NCBI GenBank assembly: GCA_030704615.1 | Contig: CM060732.1 | Span: forward strand, 71,920,001 to 71,984,000 | DNA length: 64,000 bases | Direction of reading: 5' to 3' | Source: Takakia lepidozioides | Lineage: Eukaryota; Plantae; Bryophyta | Shown: positions 25,796 through 36,600 of the stretch, piece by piece | Position numbering within the stretch: the first letter of the stretch is position 1 | Layout of the letters: every line of letters starts with the position of its first letter | Position numbers and translations under genes: made by a program | Notes under the pieces: model-generated | The model's input: the letters and a program-made list of their open reading frames with translations, nothing else | Databases searched by the model: none | What the model was told of the DNA's origin: nothing

Positions 25796-26649
25796 TTTCT
25801 CTCTTGCTCTGCGTCTCTCTCTAAGGGAAGTAAAATAAAGAGACTTTCTTCTCTTTCGTATTCTAGAAGGAACCCTCTCCAGCTTGACTACCACTCTCCC
25901 TCTAAGCGCGAAAAGTAGAAAAACGCAGTGACTCCCGATTTCTTGCGGGATTGCCTGTGTTCTTGCGTGTCTCTAGAAGCATCGGATTCCCTCCCGCGTG
26001 ACCGTTACACATAGTCGTTTCGTTATTAGTGCACATGCCAGCAATTGGTGTACAGCTGTTCGTATTCAGTTATGGATGTCTGACGTGTGCCGCCCAAAAA
26101 AAACGGCGTGTTCTAAATTATAACTGGTTCAATATTTAAAAAGAACAGCGAATCCCAGAAATTGATGCGCAGTCTTAAACAAATAAATATAAATGAACGA
26201 GAGTTTGATGACAAATTTTGGAATATCATACACGGTCATCCTTGTTATCCAAACCCCACATTCGTTGCACATTTGGAACTTTCCAGGTGCGCATGATCAT
26301 TGGTAGTAGTATATAGATACATTTACTTAATCTGCAATCCCATTCTCGGATCCTGTGGCATGCTTCCAGGAAGTCGGCTTTGTTATTGGGTTTATTGATG
26401 AGGTTCTGATTAACGGTTTAACAGTTGCCGACACTGCCCCTATGGATTCTCTGACCACTGGGCCCACAAGAAAAGTAATTAAAATGGACGGCTGCATATC
26501 TGGAATGAATAACAGAATATGCACAGTCGTTATCTGAGCTTCCTCCGCCATATGCTCTGCTCATTCTTCAACTGTGTTCTGGAGACAGCAGTAAACCGAT
26601 TTACACTAGATCTGCGATAGCAAGGTACAAACATACTCGAGGAAGGAAG

Positions 26650-29600
26650 ATGGCTTCCTCTGAAGCGGAGTTCTTCTCAGACGACAAACCAGTGCCGTTC
26701 TCCCAGGAAGTCCTTGACAATGGATTTGCAATTGTTCTGGAACATGTCTTGGCTACCCGTTTTCAGCTGCAGAATGGCTCCATCTTTTTGGAGAAAGAGG
26801 TTTACGATCTGAAAGGGAAGTTGGTGAAATATTCTTTCCAAAACCGTGATGAGACGGCTCATATCAGCCAGTGGAGAGTGCGTCCTGGTCGATACAGAGT
26901 ACTTGGAGAGCCTCGGCGAAAGTCCCTTGGGTCATATGTGACGCCCGGGACTGCTGCTTCGGTCGTTGAAGACAAGAGGGAGGTGGTGGTGAAATGACAT
27001 AAGTGAAATTCCAAATCCAGTCCTTCCTACTGTGGTTGCAGAAGCTGATGAAGAAGAGATTTGTAGTGTCATTCCAAAATTGCGGGCGATGGGAGGAATG
27101 GCTGGATTCAAAAGTGAGTTGCGGGGAATTGATTGGGAATCTTTGAAGCAGGTGCCTGTGAAGTTCTTGCCGGAGACTTTTGATGGCGATATCCTATTCG
27201 AGCTGCCTCCTCCTCCGCGAGTTGGAGGTGTAACAATCATGATGCATGGAATGGACAAGAAACACGACGGGCACCCGTGGTGCAGAACAAAAACATCCAA
27301 TATTCAGAATGATGACAAGCTTGTTTTCAGGAGGACAGTTTGCAATGGACACCTTAGGTGTGATAATTTGAATTGCAGACACTTTCTTCAGTCTGGAGTT
27401 CATAATCAAAGCGAATGGGAGGGTCTGGCGGAGAATCCATTTCAGCCTGGGACTGCCCCTCCACCGGCAAACACTTTCGTCTGCAAATTCTGCAAACTTG
27501 TGCCATCCTGCTTGGCGCTCTGCGGAGCAAGAATGTACTATGTTGTCCACCGTTTGAATACAATGACGAGAGCTTGTGTGCATTTTGGATTCCATAACCA
27601 TCCTGTCTCGAAGGGGGATTACAGGGAGAGTGTTGAGACAGTATCGAGGTTGATCAAACAGGAGTTCGGGAGAAACCCATCCGCAACAACATCTGCAATT
27701 GCTCTTGGCGCAAGCAAGTCCTTCTTGGAAAGCCATATTTTGAGTGAAGGAGATTCTGTGGGGACTAAACTTGACGGTGCAGCATTGGACCTGGTCATGG
27801 ATCATTTCTCCACTTTAAGTTCACCTAACATTCGGCATCAGATCAATGCATTGAGAATGGGCTCTGGGATCAGAGGCTACATAGACAATATTTTGGAATT
27901 GAAACGACTGAGCAAGTACGATTACATCCAGGACAATGTATTCCCAGGTCAAGGTGCCATCAAAGTTTTTCTTTTCAAAATGTCGACTGTTGGGGAGGGC
28001 AGTGGGGTTAGCCTCGTGAAGCGGATGCAGAAGACTGGGGACTTGCAGAACTGTTTTCTTATGTTTGATCATGTGAAACGAGTGAAGGATTGGACGACAA
28101 TGGCTTGTCATGTCTACGATCCAGTGTACCAACGAGTTATGACAATTGCAGTTTGTGACATGCAATCCGAGGATACGGAATCCCAGAAGCTCATGTGGAA
28201 TTCCCTGATACGTGTCATGGGCTGCCATCTCCAAATTTTCGCAGGTTTCATGGCGGATAGTGCTCAAGCAAATTTCAATGCTATTCGTATTGTCTTCGGA
28301 TCGGGCGACCCAAAAGTGCCTATGCCAGGAAGAGAGCGTACATGTCTATTCCATTGGACACAATCTCTGGAAAAACATACAAAGTCGGACATCAAACCAG
28401 AGATGCAGACTCAGCACCGTAAATTGTGCAAAGAGTACAAAGATGCTAGAACAATGAAGGAGGCGGACACTTTGTTCCAGACAATTCGTGCCTGGTGGTT
28501 CTCTTCTGGAGCTGCATCACTTGAGAGTATGAGAGCATTGGAAGATTGGCTGGCGTTTTGGCACTTCCGGTATAGACAGTGGGGAGCAGCCATGACAATG
28601 GTACGAGGCTTCTATTTCATGCTTTATTCATACATTTGCTTTCCATATTTTTGACTCATTGCTTTCTTTATGTTGTTTCCTGTGCACTATTCTGAAGTGT
28701 GGTTATCCTCTTTGCAGAACATGTCCATTGAGGAAATGGCAGACATGCCATCTTGCAATTTGGCAGAAACTGTGCACAATGCATGGTTGCAGCAGTCTGG
28801 GAAACGAGGTCGGGATTTGTATGTGGCAACAACAGATGATTTGATACGTGCCTTGCAACAACAAACCCGATACCGTGATTTCTTACGAGGTGGGGTTGGT
28901 GGCAAGGGTCCGGACAAATCGGAGTTGATGTTGCGTGCTGCAAACAGATCTGGGGATCCAATCAAGATAGCACGGGCGGTGAGCATGTATGCCCAGGGAA
29001 CGCCACTTGTTTCTAGAGTTCCACATCTTGAAGGGAGGAGAGATTCGGCTCCTGTAAGAGGAAATTGAACACTCCACCTGGTTCGGATTCAGATTCCCAC
29101 AGGGCAGACCGTGATAACTTCTCGAAGCCTCGTGTTCCCCTGCATGACAGCTCCGTGTCCGGAACCTCCATTGTGGAGGAACCTCCAACACGACGGCAAG
29201 CTCCAGCATCAAACCGTGCCACTGAAATGGTGCAGGAGAGAAACAACCCCCTTGATGTGCTTGAGTCCGCATGCCCCGACCACGTTTGGCACATAGAACG
29301 CACAAGTGTCGGGTCTCGTGTGAAATGTACAGCGATCAGGGCAACTAATTTCGAGAAGTGCACTTCATCTATATCCAGAGGTGGTGCCCGAACTCCTGCT
29401 CCGACTTTCACGGGCTTGATGCGTCCATACGGTCAACCAGAAGCCAAGAACCACAAGTTCTGGTTCTGCGCAGATGATTGTGCCAGATGTGTGCATGGAA
29501 CTGTGCGTCCTTCCGTAGTGATGAAGCCATCTCCTCCAACCGTTTGGCCCGTGAAGGTGGGAACACATCTCAGCTTTCAGGAGATTGAAATGCTGGAGGA

Positions 29601-30102
29601 GGCAGGTTTTTCCCTTGCGAGACAACCCCAACTCCATGCATGTGCTACTACTCCTGCGTCCTCCCGGGTCCCCCCGGCAAATCCTGACTTGTGGCCAACC
29701 AAACGAGATGGAAAGCTCGTTCGGCGTTTCCCTCCAACCGCTGAACACTTTGGCAAAGTGGAGTCCGCAAGAATGCTCCAAGCTCGTGTCGGAAGCACCA
29801 CGGAAGTACCCGATCCAGGATATGGTCGGGTATTCACAATCATCACTTCCACATCTGCTGTTCATGACAGGACCTACGACATCACGGTTTCCAATTTCCC
29901 CAATTGCACATGTCCTGATTTTGTGAATATGCTATCAACCAGTTTGGGCAAGAGAGGTAAATTCATACCCTGCAAACATTTGTATTTCATATTTTTGAGG
30001 AGGATGGTTTGCGATCCCAAACGTGACAACTTCATTCACCAGGCCACTATGAGTTTCAACGAGGTCGATACTCTTTTGCAGCGGGATACAACACATGGGT
30101 AG
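26650..30102 (+). pseudogene. MULE-type transposase with GCM-like N-terminal zinc domain and C-terminal SWIM; two single-base frameshifts (~26993, ~29035)
   Basis: HDGHPWC...CNGHLRCDNLNC (GCM-like), MFDHVKRV, FMADSAQANFNAI, CLFHW, CNLAETVH, SWIM CTCPDF...CKHLY; intron ~28601-28717. Confidence 0.82.
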
Positions 30103-30554
30103 CATGAACTATGTAATGTGGTATGTGGATGACCATGATTTGAAATGTGTAATTCACATCAATTCGTCGGCTGTGCAATGATATGGCCTCCAACTATACG
30201 GAGTGAGGTCTGAGTGACAACTTTTAGGTAGTGCACATTTGTCATTGCACCGTTCGAAGTCTACATGTCTTGCTGTCGCTATGCACTACAATCATCTTTT
30301 GAAGATGATCATAACTCTCATTGTTATTTGAGGAGGGAGGAAGTCTTCTCGTGGCAGCCTTTATGGCGCACACTTTGTGAGGATATTTTGTCGTCTTCGT
30401 AATTGTAAAAGTGAAACAAACATTTGTAATTGCACAATGTTGGATGCTGCAATTGTAGGCCTCAACGCTCGTCTTGATTCTATTTAGGCAAGATTCCCTG
30501 CATTAATTCCACGGTCATAGGACCATCCACGGTTATAGGCGGCGCATGTTAATG

Positions 30555-30745
30555 CTGACGTGGCAGTTGACGGACAGTGCCACGTCATCATTTACCGCCA
30601 CATCAGCATGCTGACATGACGCTCACGCCACGTCAGCATGTGTGCAGGCTCACGCCACATCAGCTGGCGTGAGCGTACGCTCACGCCACGTCACTCCTGC
30701 GTGAGCGTACGCTCGCGCGCTCACGTGCAACGCTCACGCCATTGC
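30555..30745. repeat. Subterminal GCTCACGCCA repeats and palindromes of MULE-2
   Basis: Perfect 24-bp palindrome TGGCGTGAGCGTACGCTCACGCCA at 30665-30688, a second near-copy at ~30699, several GCTCACGCCAC units. Confidence 0.75.
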
Positions 30746-30770
30746 GTCGTTGGGGTCTGCTAAAGGGGTA

Positions 30771-31225
30771 GCCACCATGCTGGTGTGTGATCGATGCTCT
30801 AGAGGTTGGCATATGGGATGCTTGACTCCACCTCTTGAGATGGTTCCGGATGGGGAGTGGTTATGTCCACATTGCATTGGATAGTGGGAGTGGATACAAC
30901 CATGGAAGGCTAACAAGAAACGCAAGGCCTACTAGGAGACCTTGAACACACGAGGTCCTGGCTCAAGTTCACAGATTGCAAGACGGCGACTAACGATGGG
31001 GCTACTTTTATACCCGGCCTCTTGGTCTATAGAGTTTGAGTGCAATAGGGACAGTGATAGAGGACTTAGTACGGCTGTGGCTATTACATCTTGTAGCTAT
31101 CTGGAGTTAGAGGGACCTATCCACCAGCTAGGGGGGCGATTGTGGCATACTACTTTATTGTGCATGTATGTGTGGTGTGGTTTGGACAGCGATGTAGTTG
31201 TGTAGCGATACGTATGCGCACGACA
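30771..31225 (+). mobile_element. 3' fragment of a PHD-bearing LTR retroelement: half PHD finger, PPT and 85-bp LTR (31141-31225)
   Basis: MLVCDRCSRGWHMGCLTPPLEMVPDGEWLCPHC; homologous to 34460-35164; CTAGGGGGGCGAT then TG...CGCACGACA. Confidence 0.8.
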
Positions 31226-31459
31226 GCTGTCAAGTTAAATAAGCACAGTGTGAAACTAGCTAGAATAAAGCTAGTTATTTGTATTTAACACTTGGATTTA
31301 GGTCAAGTGTTAAATCAGGTGTCAAGTTTAGTTTGACACCTGACCCGTCTTATCTTCACGAGAGCGGCAGTCACGCAGCTCATCTCTCTCGAGTTGAGCC
31401 TGCGCGACCGAGCTCCTGCATGCGTTTAGATCTGAGTGTACTCATGATGGGAGTGTAGG

Positions 31460-32420
31460 TTGTTGTGGGGATTTGCCTTCTGGACTTGTTTGGCGGGATC
31501 AGCACCGGATTGGCTGCTGTTCTACAGGCAAGTATACGGGTACGGCGTTACCTGTATGTGGAGAGGGATGAGACTGCAAAACGCGTCTCCCTACGCCATG
31601 TTGCTCAGTTGGTGCAGCAGTACCCTGAGTTGTTGCCGGTGTCTGCAGTTCGTGGATATCAGCAGGCCTTGCCATGAGACATTTCGTTGCTGGGGGCGCA
31701 GGATTTGGAGCGGGTTGGCTCTATTGATTTGGTAGTGGCAGGTTGGCCCTGCCAAGGGCATTCATGAGCCGGGCATGACAATGGATTGCGAGAGTCGAGG
31801 TCGGGTCTGTTTTGGGAGATGGTGCGGGTTTTGCGCCACTTACAGCTTCATCAAGCTGTATCTCTAGCATACATCTTGGAGAATGTGCCACTGATGAGCA
31901 ATTCTCGGGCCAGGGTGATGGCCAGTGTGCATCAAGTCCGGTCGTGGCTTGGGTCAGCAGTGTTGCTGGATGCAGCTGCAGTGGGGTCACGGGCTCATCG
32001 TCCACGGTTATGGTGGACTAACTTGATGCCACCCGCACTGCTTAAGCGTGCATTTGATGGGGTGCAGCGGCCAGCACACCTCACAATGGATAGCATTTTG
32101 GACACAGGGAGGCAGTCTCAGCGTGTGAGACACGATGACCGTTTGCCTTTGGCAGTGGTCAACAAGGTGGGTCAACCACGAGCAGCACTACCTACACTGC
32201 TCAGCTTCCCAGGATCGCATGCTTTCCGGGATAGCGGACCTGGCCTCCTGTGGGATGCTCAGTTGCAGCAGTTAGTGGAGCCTAATGCCGACGAGCGAGA
32301 GCGGGCTATGGGTTTTTCCACTGGGACCACGACGGTGCATTCTCTTTCTGAGGCAACACGTCGTTAGGTGTTGGGGCAAGCGATGGATCTAAATTGCTTG
32401 ACCTGGATTATCAGCTTGGC
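31460..32420 (+). pseudogene. DNA (cytosine-5) methyltransferase domain
   Basis: Motif I LLDLFGG, II YVERD, IV AGWPCQG, VI ILENV, VIII RAHRPRLWW, IX ERERAMGF, X LGQAMD; in-frame stops at 31675, 31765 and 32365. Confidence 0.9.
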
Positions 32421-32899
32421 TATGGCTGAGCAATGTAGAGTGCGGAGTGCACTTCCCTTGACGGTCTCTCTGCCTACCGAAACGGTACAGGCAGTGAGTG
32501 GGGGCGAGCCGGTGAGGACCACGGGGTGTAGACATCCATGGCACACGTGGGAGGTGCTCGAGGTTCAGAAGGAGTTGGCAGCCAAGGCGGCTGTGATGGA
32601 TGAGGTTGGGGATTCTTCTCGGGTTGAGGAGGTCCTCAAGGATGAGATGATGGGGGAGGATGAGGCCTTGTCATTGACTGTGCAGGCAGGGAGTACTGTT
32701 CAAGAGGTTGCGGCATAGCAACCACGGGACGCGTCCTCTATCTCTAAGTCTGCTGGATTTAAGATTGCAGTTACAAAGGGCAATTGGGAGCCTGACATTG
32801 GACCTATTGTCACTAGAGGAGAGAGACGACGTATACGGCGGTTCCTGAGGCTTACAAGAATTGCTTTGCATCTCGTGCTATGGTGGAGGTGCATGAGAG

Positions 32900-34574
32900 A
32901 CATGTTCAGGTTGTGCATCGACCGGGTTTGGTCAATAGGGATGCGGATGGATTGAGCCAGCAGGATGACACTGGAGCTCGGTGGCATGGTGAGACGGACG
33001 CGAGGAGATGGTGCCGGGATGGCATGCATCTGCCTTTTTGTGTATCTTGGCATCGGGAGGTCAGGTTGGACCTACAACAGGGATGACTATAGACGAAGTG
33101 TCTGAGGACCCTGAGGCTAGTGATGAGCCAGGTGGTGCCAGAGATATACATGAGGATTCGGTTGTGTTGGACTACTTCCGCACTAGAGACACGGCAGCTA
33201 ATGTGACTGCCAAAGAGAGGGATCGGATCCTGCAACGAGCCAAGAGGTTCAAGTGGGAGGGGATACACCTGCTTTGAGTGTGGGAGGATGGTCAGGTGAG
33301 GATCGTGCCTCACCCAACACAGCGTGCATGGCATGAGGAGTTGGGGCATTTTGGAGTGTGACGCACTCATAGTTTACTACAGGGGCAATATTGGTGGCGT
33401 GGTATGCACACAAAGGTGCAACAGTTCGTGGCTAGGTGCATGGTGTGTGACAAGGTGCGTGCTTCATTCAACGCCCCTACACCACAGTTGCATCCTTTAC
33501 CCATCATGGGATTGGGCTACAAGTGGAGTCTTGACTTCGCAGGGCCTTTGTCACTGACGATGCGTCACCACAGATATGTGTTGGTGATGGTGGAGCACTT
33601 CTCCAAGTGGATTGAGTTGGTTCCATTGCCTGACAAGGCTAGTGAGGGGGCTGCATATGCATTCCTGGATCGTGTGCTTAGCCGATTCGGTGCTCCAGCT
33701 GAGGTACTCACGGACCAAGGAAGAGAGTTCTTGGGGGAGTTTTAGGCTTTGTGTGATAAAGCCTTGATAGACCACCGTACCACTTCTCGGGATCATCCTG
33801 AGACCGATGGCTTGGCAGAGAGAGTGGTGCAGACGGTGAAGAGGGGTTTGCGCAAGTATGGCTTGCAAAAGGGACACCTAGGAGATTGGGATCTTCAGGT
33901 ACCTTGGTTAGCCATGGGCTACAGGTTCAGCAAGCAAGCATCACTTGCCTCCTTCTCACCATATTTCCTTCTCTTTGGCCAAGAGCCGGATTTGCCTGCA
34001 TCTATTCGCAGGGAGGCTGCAGTAGTCCTCAACCTTGATGATCCGGATGTGTGGACACAAGCATGTGCCCAACGGGCAGAATTCTTCAAGAGAGTCATGC
34101 CTATGGCTTTTGAGAATCTTGCTATTGCCCAACACCGAGACACATTGAGGTATGTCACTATACGTGGAGGGGGATATCGGCCAGGTGCTTGTCATTTCCA
34201 CCCTGGGGACTATGTGTATCTGCAGCAGACAGCGCCTACGACCTTGGATGTCACAGCAGGACGTGTGATTCTAAGGGTCAGGGAGGTGTTACCTTCAGGA
34301 GTGTTGATTCTGGAGGGTCGAGATGGCATGGTATGGAAGGACCATGTGCGTAATTGTGCGCCATGTCACCTTCCACATGTGGATGGGAGGATAGATCCCA
34401 ACCTTGCAGTGGTACCTACAAGATTGCGTTGCATGCTATGTGGGCATGCTCGTGGTGCCGCCCACTATGCTGGTGTGTGATCGATGCTCAAGAGGTTGGC
34501 ACATGAGATGCTTAACACCACCTCTTGAGAGGGTTCTTGATGGAGATTGGTTATGTCCACACTGCTTGGGATAG
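32900..34574 (+). pseudogene. Integrase plus C-terminal PHD finger
   Basis: HEELGHFG...CMVC, WSLDFAGP, TDQGREF, GLAERVV; CMLC...CDRC...WHMRC...WLCPHC; several stops and a frameshift near 34460. Confidence 0.85.
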
Positions 34575-34834
34575 TGGCAGTGCATATGACTAGTGGCAGC
34601 TCACAAGACATGGGAGGCCAAGCTCATAGGAGTCAATACCCAAGATCTCATGCTCAAGTTCACAGGTTGCAAGACGGCGACTAACGATGGGGCAACTCTT
34701 GTACCCGGCCTCTTGATTTATCGAGTTTGAGTGTAGTAGGGACAGTGGTGGAGGACTTAGTGAGGCTATGGCCACTATCACATCTTGTGGCTACCTGGAC
34801 TTAGAGGGACCTAAGCGCCAGCTAGGGGGGCGAT

Positions 34835-35164
34835 TGTGATGGACTAGTGGCAGCCTAGTGGTGGACTAGTGGCTGCACTAGTGGTGGCTAGTGGCAGCCT
34901 AGTGGTTGGACTAGTGGCTGCGCTAGTGGTGGACTAGTGGTGGACTAGTGGCAGCCTAGTGATGGACTAATGGCTGCACTAGTGGTGGCTAGTGGCAGCC
35001 TAGTGGTGGACTAGTGGCTGCACTAGTGGTGACTAGTGGTTGTCTAGTGGCAGCCTAGTGGTGCACTAGTGGTGGACTAGTGATAGACTAGTGTTTGGTG
35101 TGCACATATGTTGTGTGGTTTTGGACAGCGATGTAGTTGTGTAGCGATATGTATGCGCACGACA
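34835..35164 (+). repeat. 3' LTR expanded by a CTAGTGG minisatellite
   Basis: About 20 CTAGTGG-type units at 34840-35092; terminal ~55 bp match the short LTR at 31141-31225. Confidence 0.8.
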
Positions 35165-35419
35165 AGGAAGAAGAAGAAGAGAAGAAGAAAACCCCCTGTA
35201 CGTATTGTATGCAAGACGTGAGTCGCAAGAGAATCACAAACGCCATAGAGCGCACACGATTGAGGCCCTGGAGGTCATCCCATGCCCATCAAAGCAGGAG
35301 CACGAACAAGCACGACAGCTGGAAACCCTCGCTCAATCCAGATGGAGAACCCTACCTCCACGACGAAGTGAACAGCATATGCAGGTCCACGTGGTGCGAT
35401 ACCCACCGTTGGAAATGGA

Positions 35420-36433
35420 AGGGACAAGGGGATCGGTCGAAGGGGGATCAAAGCAGGAGATCGGCGGCAAGACCAGCGAGGGGGATGGATTACCGGGGGA
35501 GCGCCACGCAGTGGACCATCGCGCAAAACTATCGGACGGCGGGGGGACGGCCACATCACGTTGAAGAGGCCAAGGGGGATGAGTCCCTGGGGGGAGCAGA
35601 GGATCGGGAACGGATCGACATTGGGGTGCCAACACGAGGGGGATGGACGGCGCGGCGAGGGGGGGGGGGGGGGATCGACGACGAGGGGACCGCGACATTG
35701 CCCACGTGTCATGGAGGGCACCGTGGAGCAGCACGTGGCGGAAAATGTGGGGAGGGGGATCAGTCCCTGAATTGGAGGAGGGGATCAATCGAGGGGAGCG
35801 ACAGTGCGGGGATTGCGCCGTCCATGGTCGAAGGCCCGGGGGACCGCGCCTGGGCTCGGGGGATCAGGCCTCTAACCGTTGGAAGGATCGACGGCGGAGG
35901 GGATTGCGATGTGGCGGCGTGTCACTGTGAACGGCAGTGGTTGTAAGTAAGATTGATGCGCAAGGGATCAACGGTTCGAGGAGAACCACGTGGCGCACGA
36001 TTGGGAGTGGGGGATCACTCCCGCCCTCGACGGGGGATCAACCCAGTTGCAGGGGATCCCGCCTCCGATGGGACGAGGGGATCGACGGCGGGGGGACCGC
36101 CACGTGGCGGTGCGCGTGCCATGGGGCCGTCGTCCATCCACTGCGCGGGAGGATGGCGGGGGGATGAGGGGCGGATGACCCAGAACATCCATTGTTTTGA
36201 GGTTGGATGGATGAGCAGGGGATCGACGGTTCGGGGGACCAGCACGCGGCGGGCGATTAGGGGTGGGGGATCACTACCGGTCCAGAGTGGGGATCAAGCC
36301 AGGTCAGGGGGAGCGGCGACGTGTCGGGGGATCGCGCCGTGGATGGGAAGAGGGGATCGGCGGCGGGGGGAGCGCCACGTGCCGTCCGATGGGTGGAGGG
36401 GGATCAGACACCGCATTGGACAGGGGATCAACC

Positions 36434-36481
<48 letters not shown>

Positions 36482-36600
36482 CGGCGGCGACGTGTCGGGG
36501 GATCGGGCCGTCGATGGGAAGAGGGATCGACGGCGGGGGGAGCGAGAGGATGGGGGGGGGGCGGGGCAAGGGGCGGAGGGGTCAGAAGGGGGTGGGGATG
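35420..36600 (+). repeat. GC-rich region with repeated GGGGATC(GACGG) motifs and a 46-nt G run (36436-36481); probable DNA-transposon subterminal arm
   Basis: Many GGGGATC and CCACGT motifs, no credible ORF, ends near CGATTTCCCC at 36781. Confidence 0.55.

Larger units (their letters stand above)
21481..30770. mobile_element. MULE-like element 2: transposase (+) and divergent ParB-like accessory gene (-); left end deleted
   Basis: Divergent gene pair around 25.9-26.6 kb; palindrome-rich subterminal region ending GGGGTCTGCTAAAGGGGTA at a junction with a retroelement PHD exon; left side fused to Gypsy RT. Confidence 0.75.
31141..35164 (+). mobile_element. Non-autonomous Gypsy-like retroelement carrying a C5 DNA methyltransferase, integrase and PHD finger
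   Basis: Related TG...CA LTRs at 31141-31225 and 34835-35164; DNMT, RNase H tail (VVHRPGLVNRDADGLS), integrase, PHD, PPT; RT and most of RNase H deleted near 32870. Confidence 0.8.

Noticed and set aside
26650-30102. Programmed frameshifting in the MULE-2 transposase
   Set aside because: Both shifts are single-base indels in short runs without a slippery heptamer; decay or sequencing error is simpler and needs read checking.
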